From Octopus sinensis (lineage: Eukaryota), in NCBI RefSeq assembly GCF_006345805.1, contig NC_043002.1, forward strand, positions 98,766,001 to 98,830,000: a DNA stretch of 64,000 bases, given 5' to 3'. A program made the translations under genes and the position numbers. This document shows, one piece after another, positions 37,539-49,885 of the stretch; position 1 is the first letter of the stretch, and each line of letters begins with the position of its first letter. The notes below the pieces were generated by a model. That model ran no database searches. It was not told where the DNA came from and was given only the letters and a program-made list of their open reading frames with translations.

Positions 37539-37969
37539 TAATAATAATATGAGGGAATATTATTTCAAACTTACAGGGAAAAATTCAATTTAGAAATACT
37601 AAATCAAATTTCACAAAATATAATATATATAAATTAGAAAAAAAAACACTTTTTATCAAGCCCAATATAATTCAAAAGCCAAATAATATTTATAAATATA
37701 TTTATATTGAAGTGATTTTACTACTACTACTAATATTTTTACTATAATCATTTCTTAAATATAGCCACGAGACACGTGTCATTATTCTACCAAATATATA
37801 CGTTTTATCTATTATTTTGCACATTACTTAATCATCGTTATATATTTTATCTTATATTTAATCGTTCTATTATATGTAATTTTCTTGATGATGTAATTTA
37901 ATTTTTCATTTTGAATTGATAAAAGGTGGTTTTTTTCTAACACATATATATATATATGTACATATATAT

Positions 37970-38396
37970 AGTTAATCCAAACATGAACAAAGAGAAAACA
38001 CAACAACGCGAGGTCGTAGAACAAGTATAGTGTTATTGGACGCTCAGTAAAGGAAAGAAAGAAGGAGAATTCAACGTTTCGAGCGGAGCTCTTCGTCAGA
38101 AATATAAAAAAAGGAAACGTCCAAGGAAGGGAAGACGGAGAAAGAAAATCGCCAACGATACACACGCGGTCACATATTGAAATGACCGGAAGGGAATGGG
38201 TGAAGAAAAAGTTCTTTCAAAGACAGGAGAGTGCGAGTGAAGGAGGTATGTGTGTGTATGTGTTGATATGTGCGTGCGCGCAGGTCTGTGTGTGTGTAAG
38301 GATAGCACGTCTGTGTGTGGTTGTGGCTGTTTATCTATGCGTGTGGTTGGGCTTAGTATTGTTTAAGGTCATAGGAAGAATTTATAGTAATTTAGA
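37970..38396 (-). mobile_element. PLE-type terminal (pseudo-LTR-like) fragment between (TA)n arrays
   Basis: Non-coding segment flanked by (TA)n on both sides and containing a minimal hammerhead; PLE origin inferred from that association. Confidence 0.6.
38069..38103 (-). ncRNA. Minimal type-I hammerhead ribozyme, core-complete
   Basis: Minus strand: AUUU-CUGACGA-A-GAGC-ucc-GCUC-GAA-ACGU-U-GAAU; stem I 4 bp, stem II 4 bp G-C closed, stem III the ACGU palindrome. Confidence 0.8.
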
Positions 38397-38442
<46 letters not shown>

Positions 38443-38456
38443 TATATATATATATA

Positions 38457-38493
<37 letters not shown>

Positions 38494-38494
38494 C

Positions 38495-38550
<56 letters not shown>

Positions 38551-39425
38551 ATTTATATATATGTATTTACTATGTGTGTGTACGTACACACACACACATC
38601 TATAGAGACTACCCTCTTTTATAAAACTACATAATTGTATTTTGTATACATTCCAGCTGCAAACGATACCAAAGGTCTCCGTGTGTTTCGAAATTCTTAC
38701 AATATCCTAATCAACGAGTAGACATCATAATCTAACAAAGGAAAGAGTTGATTAAAAATGCATTCCAGCAGCTACTATAATGCTGTTTCTTGAGAATTAG
38801 ATTAAAGGAATCAAGCAGAATTATTTCTGTTCAAATTACGTTGGGAAATTTTATAATATAAAACATAATAATATTGTTTACAGCATAGGTACAAAACTAA
38901 ATGTTTTAAAGGGGAAGGGAGGGGAGTAGTTGATTATATCGAACCAAGTATGTGACTTGTGTATTTTATCGACCTTGGATGATGTGTGGGAGTTGACCTC
39001 ATAACATTGAAAGTTTGAATAAGCAGGTCTTTCAACGTTCTGAAGATTCTGCCATCGCAGTGAAAACAAGAAAATATTGAAATTAGAAATTCCCCAATGA
39101 AAACTACTGTGTTTCTGTTCACTGTTTTTTGTTAGAAACAACAGCCGCATCTCCCTGAAAGTCCACGCCCGCCGTTTATTTTTTAAAGGAAAGAGTATGT
39201 TGGATCATATAGTCTTGAATATGCCCCCAAAACAAGAGATGGTCTCGACTTGAATGTCTACGGTCATAGGTCTACTTGACCAGGGCTAACTTATAACAAC
39301 AACAAAACGAAAACAACAGCAACAGCTAAAAGAACAGCACGAATATTGCTCGATATGGTGCGAAAGTGTTGTAAGGCGTTAGGACAATCCATGGCTGCCT
39401 GTGTCTTCTGCCATCACTGAATAAT

Positions 39426-39821
39426 ATGGAATGGAATGGAAGCACTCCGTCGGTTACGACGATGAGGGTTCCGGTTGATCCGAATCAACGGAACAGCCTG
39501 CTCGTGAAATTAACGTGTAAGTGGCTGAGCACTCCACAGACACGTGCACACTTAACGTAGTTCTCGGGGATATTCAGCGTGACACAGAGAGTGACAAGGC
39601 CGGCCCCTTGAAATACAGGTACAACAGAAACAGGAAGTAAGAGTGAGAGAAAGTTGTGGTGAAAGAGTACAGCAGGGATCACCACCATCCCCTGCCGGAG
39701 CCTCGTGGAGCTTTAGGTGTTTTCGCTCAATAAACACTCACAACGCCCGGTCTGGGAATCGAAACCGCGATCCTACGACCACGAGTCCGCTGCCCTAACT
39801 ACTGGGCCATTGCGCCTCCAC
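39426..39821 (-). mobile_element. SINE family C, full length, (CCATT)n tail
   Basis: Reverse complement of 32333-32722. Confidence 0.95.
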
Positions 39822-40029
39822 GGTGTACATATATAATAAGCTCATGGCACATCATTTCCATCTTGTGGTGGTGGCGGTGGTGGTGGTGGTGGGGAGGAAA
39901 CTTACTGCATTGTACACAGATTCCACACACAAAACTCTCGAAGGAGAAGGATGAAAAACTCCATTATTGAAATATACTAATTCAACGTGAAAGAATTAAG
40001 CATAAGGTTGATTCTAACCAGACACTACG

Positions 40030-40220
40030 ACAACAAAAGTATCATCGCCAACAATAACAACATCATCATCATCATCAACAACAACAACAACAACAACCAC
40101 CAATACCACCACCACCACCGCCAACAACAACAACAACACTAGCACCACCAGCACCACCAACACCAGCAACACCAACACCAACACCAACAACACCAACACC
40201 AACACCAACACCACCAACAC
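40030..40220. repeat. (CAA)/(CAC) low-complexity repeat
   Basis: Direct reading. Confidence 0.92.
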
Positions 40221-40725
40221 GGGTTGAAAACAAACTTCCTGGTGCTATTAGCCATCTTTCGGAATAGCAAATCTGATGAGTTGTATATACAAGAGAAACA
40301 ATCATTGAATGTAATCGAAATAAACGATGAAATCATTGAAGTTTGGTTCCAGTTATTACAATAATCACTCCACAACACTGCTTGTCAATATTCTGTCAAT
40401 ATTTTGTCGATATTTTGTCAATACTTCGTCTGCGTCACTTATTGTTTTTATCTGCTTGCATTAAAGAATATTATTTACTATCATAAAATGTCTGCCTGTT
40501 TGCAACTGGTGTCGTTTGAAATAAAGATCGAACAGAATTCAAATAGACAAAATGTCGACTGATTGATTTATTAATTGATTGAAGGTCGCTGTTATCCAAT
40601 TACTACTTTGGGTGTCTCTTGTGTAATATTACTGACGATGTCCATATTGTATAGCTTGAACTGCTTTTGGGAAAGATTCGATACCAATGCTTATAAATGA
40701 CAAACATTCTGTCATTTATATATTA

Positions 40726-41119
40726 CTAGCAGTATCGCCCGGCGTTGCTCGGGTTTGTAAGGGAAATAACTATATAAGCATTTTTAGAGATGTAAAGTAT
40801 AATAGCCATCTCAATATGCCTAACCACAAGGGGGGGTGTTACTGTAGGTTTTTACGTTCTGAGATTTAATAATAAATTTTTAGAGAGTTACTTCCTTTAT
40901 ATATGCCAAAAATGCATTAAAAATGGGAAAAATTGATGGTAAATTTTTTTTAAATCGTAGACTCATCGTAAACGCGCGCTAATACCCAGAAGGGCTCGAT
41001 ATGAATCACGACTATAAGATACCCGGTTTTGGTTAAACTGCACCGCAAAATGTGGGAGTAGTTAGGAATCTAAATCGTAGGAGACAGACAGCACATAACC
41101 TCTCTTTTATATATAAAGA
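40726..41119 (-). mobile_element. Non-autonomous Helitron, copy 3, with unique internal segment of about 90 bp
   Basis: Same termini and A|T site; 40788-40875 is not in the other copies. Confidence 0.88.
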
Positions 41120-41589
41120 TTTACCACCGCTTACATCGTGGAAAGGGCTATACCTAGTTATGTTATCCATATACTGCTTGAGTGTTGACGCTAGGAAATC
41201 TGTCTTTTTGTCGCGAGTCTTTAGACTTATAGGCATGGGTATCCGGTTTCCATGGCGATTAAGCAACTGAGATTACAACATTTCCCCTAAATGGTCGGAG
41301 GTCATTCGTTTACAGCTGAGTAGACTGCAGCAATGTAAAATGAAATGTTTTGTTCAAGAATTTAACGTGCCGCCTGGTCCGGAAATTGAAACAACGATCT
41401 TGTGTTCATGAATGCAACATCCTAACCACTAAACAATGCATCTTCACAAATGTCCCTTTCCAAAGATCAAACTCAGTGTCCAAGACAACTTAGAAATTTA
41501 GGACTCTCAAGACTAAAGATCGAGTAGGAAGTAATGAATTCCAGGATCTACTAACTCATATATTTGGCAGAGAACTTATTAATACGGTA

Positions 41590-41952
41590 GTTAGGGCAGC
41601 GGACTCGCGGTCATAGGATCGCGGTTTCGATTCCCAGACCGGGCGTTGTGAGTGTTTATTGAGCGTAAACACCTAAAGCTCCACGAGGCTCCGGCTGGGG
41701 ATGGTGGTGATCCCTGCTGTACTCTTTCACCACAACTTTCTCTCACTCTTACTTCCTGTTTCTGTTGTACCTGTATTTCAAAGGGCCGGCCTTGTCACTC
41801 TCTGTGTCACGCTGAATATCCCCGAGAACTACGTTAAGGGTACACGTGTCTGTGGAGTGCTCAGTCACTTACACGTTAATTTCACGAGCAGGCTGTTCCG
41901 TTGATTCGGATCAACCGGAACCCTCATCGTCGTAACCGACGGAGTGCTTCCT
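41590..41952 (+). mobile_element. SINE family C, slightly 5'-truncated
   Basis: Near-identical to 32352-32717. Confidence 0.95.
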
Positions 41953-42529
41953 TACCTTCCTTATAAATACTATGCTGTGATATAGTGTATCTAACGATAT
42001 TTATTTTGACGGAGTATGTTCTTCTCCAATACATACCCAAAACAGGGATTGAATTCATCTCCGAAAACTTACAAAACACTAGTGGATTACACTGCGTAAC
42101 AAAATTTTAATTATTTTCTTGTATCTGGTCAATAAGTATTACTTCCTATTTGCTTCAATCTAGAAATCAAAGAAAATGATTACTATTCCCTTCAAACTTT
42201 GCTTTTTTGACCTGGACATCAATGTTTCGAAACTGAAGTATTTTCCATTATTTTCCATTACATTTCAAGCAGATTCAGCACTGAGTTGCTGAAGCAGAAA
42301 TATCATTGTAGCAAATATCTTGCTCAATAGCAATTGCTTGACCATAACCACATGTGCTTGTCCCTTAGTGGCTGACAAAATGCGCATTTCTGATCATGAA
42401 CAGGTATAATGGGGGAGCATCATAGCAACGTCTTGAGTGGGATTCTTTGGGGGTTTGTACAAATGTAACAAAAGCAAAGTTTGAAGGAAATATTTGTCGT
42501 TTTTCATACTTTCTAGAGGTAAGTAAATA

Positions 42530-42850
42530 CGCATGGCTCAGTGGTTAGAGCGTCGTGAGGTTGTGAGCTCGAATCCCGGACCGGGCTGCGTGTTGTGTTC
42601 TTGAGCAAGACACTTTATTTCACGTTGCTCCAGTTCACTCAGCTGTAGAAATGAGTTGCGACGTCACTGGTGCCAAGCTGTATCGACCTTTGTCTTTCCC
42701 TTGGATAACACTGGTGGCGTGAGAGGGGAGGCTGGTATGCATGGGCGACTGATGGTCTTCTATAAACAACCTCGCCCGGACTTGTGCCTGGGAGGGTAAC
42801 TTTCTAGGTGCAATCCCATGGTCTGTGTCGTGACCGAAGGGGGTCTCCGG
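42530..42850 (+). mobile_element. SINE family D with 15-bp TSD
   Basis: TSD agaggtaagtaaata at 42515-42529 and 42851-42865; A/B boxes and CORE-like block. Confidence 0.93.
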
Positions 42851-43231
42851 AGAGGTAAGTAAATAGGAAATAGCAGTTGCTACCCAAGAACAAAGATCGT
42901 GTTACACAGTATTATGTTCAGTTGCATGCATTTAAACTTATATATAGTACCTATATACATTTAGGTAAACTGCTGCGATTTAATTGTATTGACTGTTAGC
43001 GTAAAACAATGCTGTCTAGTCATCGGCTGACTTCACGTGATTATGTTAACTGTAATTTTGTGGTGAATGTTGAGAAATATACAATAGTTATTCATCAATC
43101 AATTGTTTCTTCTTCAACTTTTGATGTTCACTAAAAGTACTAAACTTTGATCATAGACAAAGTACTAAGAAATAAGGAAGAAATTTACATAGCAAAACAC
43201 ATGTACTGCTTTACAATGTTACATTTATGAT

Positions 43232-43825
43232 TTAAGCTGGCAGAATCGTTAGCACGCAGGGCGAAATGCTTAGCGGTATTTCGTCTGCCGCTACGTTCTG
43301 AGTTCAAATTCTGCCGAGGTCGACTTTGCCTTTCATCCTTCCAGGGTCGATTAAATAAGTACCTGTTACGCACTGGGGTCGATATAATCGACTTAATCCG
43401 TTTGTTTGTCCTTGTTCGTCCCCTCTGTGTTTAGCCCATTGTGGGTAGTAAAGAAATGGGCATTTCGTCCGTCTTGAAGTCCTGAGTTCAAATTCGGCTG
43501 GGGTTGACTTTGTCTTTCATCGTTTTGGGGTCGATAAAATAAGTACCAATCAAGCAATGGGGCCCATAACCTTTCCCATAACTTGCTGGCCTTGTGCCAA
43601 AATTTGAAACCACTATTATTAAGGTGGCGAGCTGGTAGAATCGGACAAAATGCTTAGTGAAATTTCGTCAGTCTTCATGTTCTGAGTACAAATTCCGCTG
43701 AAGTTGACTTTATCTTTCATCCTTTCGGGGTCGATAAAATAAGTACCAGTCAAATAATCGATTTAATCGACTTACCCCCTCCACCGGAATTGCTGGTACT
43801 GTGCTAAAATTTGAAATGAATATAA
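43232..43825 (+). mobile_element. SINE family B tandem trimer
   Basis: Three consecutive Meta-like units (43237, 43460, 43621). The 11-bp direct repeat acatttatgat at 43221-43231 and 43826-43836 flanks the set. Confidence 0.8.
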
Positions 43826-43889
43826 ACATTTATGATAAAACTTTAGAAATGCAAGAATAATTAGTTACGAAAATACCAAGATGGTCATG

Positions 43890-44235
43890 AATTTTGAGTA
43901 GTGCCCGAAAGAATACGATCGCAAATACAAGCGGCCGAAGTGGAGTTTGTCCGAAGGATCCGCAAAATAACGTTACTCGATAGTGTCAAGCTAGGAGATC
44001 CAGGTTGAGCCGCATTGAGAGGTCAAAACTCTGGTATTATGAGCATGAGATTAGAATGTTGCAGGAAAGAATCGCAAAACAGATTCACGAAGCCAAGCCA
44101 ACCAGCAGGAGACCTTGGAGTAGAACAAGAACGGGATGGTGGGATGTTATCTATAGTCTCATTTGGTCTATGACGTTTGCTTCTGAGAGAAGACTATGGA
44201 AGAGGTGCCTGAGGACTCTACCCATGTGACCCTTC
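43890..44235 (+). mobile_element. Degraded RTE LINE 3' end
   Basis: RSQIQAAEVEFVRRI..TLLD...RIERSKLWYYEHEIRMLQERIAKQI..RRPWSRTRTGWWDVI matches the RTE C-terminal pattern. Confidence 0.8.
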
Positions 44236-44404
44236 TAGCTGGAATAGTAGGAGGGGATGGAATTACTAAGATTACTTAATAAATTCATGCATCTTAAAAA
44301 TGTATAGTATAATCTCTGAGATGTCACAGCATTGGACAATGAATTATTTCCGTTATTGTTGCAATGCAACACACACACGCACACACACACACCACACACA
44401 CACA

Positions 44405-44446
<42 letters not shown>

Positions 44447-44452
44447 ACACAC

Positions 44453-44486
<34 letters not shown>

Positions 44487-44531
44487 AATACACACACACT
44501 CATATATATATATATATTATATATATATATA

Positions 44532-44927
44532 CTAGCAGTATCGCCCGGCGTTGCTCGGGTTGTAAGGGAAATAACTATATAAGCATTTTTAGAGAGTTAT
44601 AGCCAAAAAATAGCAAAAAAATGCATTAAAAATTGAAAAAAAATTAAGGTAAATTTTTTTTTTAATCGTTGACACATCGTAGATATTTTTAGAGAGTTAC
44701 TTCCCTTATATAAAAGCGAAAAAAATGCATTAAAATGGAAAAATATGATGGTAAATTTTTTTAAAATCGTAGACTCATCGTAGACGCGCGCTAATACCCA
44801 GAAGGGCTCGATATGAATCACGACTATAAGATACCCGCTTTTGGGTTAAACTGCACCGCAAAATGTGGGAGTAGTTAGGAATCTAAATCGTAGGAGACAG
44901 ACACACAACTTCACTCTTATATAAAGA
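44532..44927 (-). mobile_element. Non-autonomous Helitron, copy 4
   Basis: Same termini and A|T site; two internal subrepeats like copy 1. Confidence 0.9.
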
Positions 44928-44928
44928 T

Positions 44929-45250
44929 GCTTTTTTTTTCAGTCATAGAGTTAGATTTATGAAGGTCTTCAGTAGAAAATCCTTCGAATTCTAACTCGCT
45001 GCTTGATATAATGAAATTCGTATCCATTTTTTTCAGAATTAAAATTTTGAAAACACAATAGGAACAAATTTCGGAAAAAAATCTCCCATAATTTACGGAA
45101 TTAAAATTACACTTCGATTTTTGTACAAAACTGTAGTTGAAGTGTTTACGAAGTATAATACGTGTTTTCACGAATGTACTAAAGAGATTTGCTCTGATAT
45201 TCTCATTTAAATATGAATAGGTAAATTCGTGCGGTTTGGTAACGAAAGGG
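44929..45250 (-). mobile_element. Possible piggyBac-like left-end fragment
   Basis: The minus strand begins TTAA|CCCTTTCGTTACC, with a short acidic peptide SSSELEFEGFSTEDL downstream. No partner TIR found. Confidence 0.35.
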
Positions 45251-46031
45251 TTAAACGGATGCATACATTTATTAATCTCTTATTATAATAACTATATATA
45301 AGTGTCGTCTGTTTATACATAAACACTGTTTCATACTGCAATTATATATACACATATCTATATATAATATTATATAATAAAATATATACAGAGTAAAATA
45401 AAAACCATTTACCTTTTCTGTATTGTTATAGCAATTCCCACCGTCGTGTGTCTTTGCAAATGTGTTGGAATGATAAGTGAGTTGTGTTTTGGCGCCTTTT
45501 TTACTAATAACAAAACACACACGTGATTGTATGTAGTTGTTTGAAACGTTTGTGTTTGCCACTCTCATATATGTATGTGTATGCGTGTGTGTGAGGAATG
45601 ACACACACACACTCACGCACGCACACATGTACATCAATGCTTTCGGAGTGATATGTTAAAATATTGAGTTTTCTCGAATTTTGTCTTAACTGGTGGTAAA
45701 ATTGAAAGAAATTTTTTATTGCATCACCCACTGAAGTACTCTGAAAAATCATGGGTACACTCTAATTGAAGAAATTGTGTGAGGAGTAAATCGTTATGTA
45801 TTTATTTGTTTCTGTTTGCTGTGTGTTTTTTTTATTTTTTGAGTAGTGGTTTAAATACTTTCAGTTTAGTCTTCCTCAAATCACTCTGTCGCTATTTACT
45901 TTCATTTTATTCGTTGCACACTGTGTGTGTGCGTGTGCGTGTGGTGTAAACCACATTAAGAAAAGCATTTGACATACACACCAGAATGTGAGTTTTGTAA
46001 TTTTGCTTAATTGGAGTTTAAATTTTAAAAA

Positions 46032-46163
46032 CTGGACCTGGCATGACCCGATGCATTCTACTCTTAAAAATGCCAGGTAAATTGTAATTGAAGGAATCCT
46101 ATATTGTAGATTTCTATAAGTTATAAAGGGAGGCAGATAAAATCTTCCTTTTATAATAAGAGA
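46032..46163 (-). mobile_element. Possible short Helitron-like element of a second family
   Basis: The minus strand starts A|TCtcttattataaaag and ends ...cgggtcatgccaggtCCAG|T (CTAG-like). Confidence 0.4.
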
Positions 46164-46172
46164 TATATATAT

Positions 46173-46340
46173 ATATAATTAAGGGCTCCCAAATAAGGAT
46201 GCCAAATGCTAGGGACACCAAAAAGGGATAAATTCATTGAGAGTGAAAATCAAAAACATTTACCATTTTCACTTTCGATGAATTTATCCCTTTTGTGTCC
46301 CTAGCACTTGGCATCCTTATTTGGGAGCCCTTAATTATAT
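46173..46340. repeat. Near-perfect 168-bp fold-back (about 77-bp arms, 14-nt loop)
   Basis: Arms 46173-46250 and 46265-46340 differ at about 5 positions; adjacent to (TA)n. Confidence 0.95.
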
Positions 46341-46439
46341 TTCTATAAAATAATATTTTTCTATATGAATAATATTTGTCTAATGACTAATTCGTCTTTG
46401 TGCTGGGCCACTGGTAGTAATCTATGTTATTACCCTTTT

Positions 46440-46496
<57 letters not shown>

Positions 46497-46701
46497 TTAT
46501 ATATCACTGTAAAATATATTTTGTCTAAGGCAAATTGACGGATATCCAATGTAGAATTATGATGAACCATAACTGGGGAACCTACCAATAGATTACTTGG
46601 ACTCCTTCACTAATCTAAGTAATATCATTAGCCTGGTGTTCTTACATAGGGCTTATGAACTACTTTGCTGGGATTGATAATCCTTCACTATTTGTTCTAT
46701 A

Positions 46702-46739
<38 letters not shown>

Positions 46740-46781
46740 TTGCATTTCTACGCAGACACACACACACATATATTTACATAC

Positions 46782-46819
<38 letters not shown>

Positions 46820-47070
46820 GCATATGCACACAGACATACACCCATATAGATATATATTGTATATATATATATACATACATTATATATATATGTATATACA
46901 TATATTTGCATTAAACATCAACCAGTGGCTTCAAATTTTATGCTATCTGCATTGAATCCGATATGCTATGGAATGTCACATCCTGCAACATGTAATACAA
47001 AAATTTCGTGGATATAAAAGCAGCCCACTCCTGTTTTCTTGTATAAAACCGTTTGAATATATGAAGAGAA

Positions 47071-47137
<67 letters not shown>

Positions 47138-47631
47138 CAAGAATAAACAAAATGTAAAAAAATAGACCCAGTCCCATTGGTTCTGTTTATTGCTTTTATT
47201 AAATACTGAAACCTTATACAATCTTTTCAAAACTGGTCGATTGTTATATTATTATTCATGACATCCCTGCTAAGAGAAAATTTCTTGTTGAATGGTGAAT
47301 GAATTAAAAATTGTCTCAAGCTGAGGAATAACACAAAAGACCCATATGGTGAGATCTTGAAATATGATTCTTCTTTGTTAATTTTTTCGAAGCTCTCGGT
47401 AGGAAAGCATGGTGAAAAAAAAATAAAGAGATAAATAAATATATTATTAATACTGATTTGTTTTCAGTGACAAGGAAGGTTTTGTATTTTAGAAGAGTGC
47501 AAAATAAAGAATCTGTTACGTGCACAGAATAGGTGGAATGGATAATGGTGGAAAGCGAATTGGAACAATATCCGTGACTCGACTGACCACCAACTCATGA
47601 CTACTTCTTCGTTTCTGTCTTGTTAAACCAG

Positions 47632-47667
<36 letters not shown>

Positions 47668-47817
47668 TGAATGTGTATGTATGTGTGTATTTGTGTGTAT
47701 AAGAAAATGAGATGCCAAAGGAATAAACGATTATCTTAGGAACTTAATTAACTTAATTAGCTATTTCTGCTATAAAATGCAATGGATTCATAGTTGAGTG
47801 GCTGAGTAACACCTTAC

Positions 47818-48160
47818 ATTGGGTTGTCCGGAAAGTTCGTGCCAATTTTTAAAGGAAAGAAAAAGGTCAATAAATACTTGCTATTACATTTTTAATCAAC
47901 CAAATATGAACCATTTTGTTGCACAATGCGTCTCCATCTTTCCTTTAACTTGAAAATACCTTCTTCCCAGAAATGTGGTGGTTTCATGGCAAAGAATTCA
48001 TCATGGTATCTTTTTCTGTCATCCAAGGAATTGAAATTTTTACCATTAAGACTATTCTGCAGAGACCTGAATAAATGGAAATCCGAAGGAGCAACATCTG
48101 GTGAATTGAAACCACGATAAAGTGCTCCTGAATGCAACAGACGAATCACTAGGCCACGCG
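47818..48160 (-). mobile_element. Mariner 3' remnant with TIR
   Basis: TA|cattgggttgtccggaaagttcgtgcc TIR; SPDVAPSDFHLFRSLQNSLNGKNF...WEEGIFKLKERWRRIVQQNGSYLVD*. Confidence 0.92.
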
Positions 48161-48484
48161 CCTTCATTTTTATTTACGCTGGTAAATGTCTAGGTGACAC
48201 TCTCGAAAGGTTAAGATTTTAAAGCAGCAAAGACAGGAACCGCCTAACATGGTTACAATTTGTAAGTAGAACAGTAAAATTATGCAAGACTTTCTTAAAG
48301 TTCGACATGTAAAAAATATTGGTGTTGTTATCCAATTTCTAGAGATAGATCTTGGAAGAATACTATTAAATACAAAAAGTGAAATATCGTATATATAAAC
48401 ACACATACAAACACATATACGTACACTCATATACACATATACTCACATACACATGCACACATATACATACATCCAGCGTTTACA

Positions 48485-48905
48485 TTTTACTTGTTTCAGT
48501 CATTAGACTTTGGCTATGCTGGGGCGCCACCTAGGCGAATATCTTAGTAAATGAATCAACCCCAGTACTTATTTTTTAAGCCTGGTACTTATCCTACCGG
48601 TCTCTTTTGCCGAGCCACTAATGTTACGGGGACGTAAACACACCAACAGCGGTTGTCAAGCGGTGGTAGTGGACAAACACAGACACAAAGACACACACAT
48701 ACGCACACACGCAGACACATACCCCACCACACACACATAAATACGACGGGCTACTTTCAGTTTCCGTCAACCAAATCTACTTACAGGGTATTGATTTTCC
48801 CGAGGCTATAGTAGAAGACACTTGTTCAAGGTGCTACGCAGTAGGACTGAGCCCGGAACCATGTAGTTGGAAAGCAAGCTTCTTACCACACAGACACGCC
48901 TACGC
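48485..48905 (-). mobile_element. SINE family A, diverged full length
   Basis: Homologous to 29403-29830. Confidence 0.85.
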
Positions 48906-49319
48906 TTGTATACCTACTTTTGTGGGACTATTAAGAGTAGAAGTGCAGACATAGAGGACATTTTGAAAATGTATGTTTAAGGCGATTTAGCTCAGACATG
49001 ATTCATCACTAGTATTTTTTACGTTACGAATAAAAAATAAACTGCTGGAAACTCACTAATTTGTTTACGTCCGTTTCCACAATTTTGGAAAAAAAAAAGT
49101 ATTGCTTTTTAATAAAAAATAATTTGAAATATTTCTGTTTTGTCAAAATTGCTTCTGCTATCGAGTAAATGGTATTTATTACTGAGATTCTCTCTCATTT
49201 TAGTTGTTGTACAACATTTATTTGCGGAAAGAAATACATTAAAAGAGACTGCCAAGACAACGGAAAATTCACAACGTCATTTCAAATCCCTGAGGCTTCC
49301 GTTATTTAGGAAGTTTACT

Positions 49320-49560
49320 GTGTGTGTACGTACGTATGTATGTATGTATGTATGTATGTATGTATGTATGTATGTATGTATGTATGTATGTATGTATGTA
49401 TGTTTGTATGTATGTATGTATGTATGTATGTATGTATTATGTATGTACGTATGTATGTATGTAGTATGTATGTATGTATGTATGTATGTATGTATGTATG
49501 TATGTAGGAATGTGTGTGTATGTGTGTGCGTGTGTATGTGTGTACGTACGTATGTATATA
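49320..49560. repeat. (TATG)n microsatellite
   Basis: Direct reading. Confidence 0.97.
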
Positions 49561-49714
49561 TGTATGCTTGTATGTATGAAAATGAAACATCTATCAGTAA
49601 AAAAAAATCAAAAAAATCTCAACGTTATTCAGACTGGATTATATAAAACAACTTTCTTAGATCAGAGATTCACAAAAAAGAATCAGAAGGAAGTTTCTTC
49701 AAACCAAAGCAACC

Positions 49715-49885
49715 GGCAGGAAACCTAAGGGTAGACAAAGAACGAGATGAATGGATAATGTCCATAGTCTCAATTGATTACGCTTGGAAATCTAGCCGGA
49801 AAGTCTAAAGACGTTTGCATCTGATAGGAACTTATGGAGGACTCTACCACTACGACCATCCTAGGGATAGTGGGTGAAGAAGATG
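49715..49885 (+). mobile_element. Degraded RTE LINE extreme 3' end
   Basis: KPKGRQRTR*MDNVHSL...FASDRNLWR pattern. Confidence 0.55.

Noticed and set aside
42500-42529. tttctag-AG-gtaagt as a 2-nt microexon or donor
   Set aside because: The motif is the TSD of the SINE at 42530, lies in repeat-derived sequence, and has no supporting exon context.
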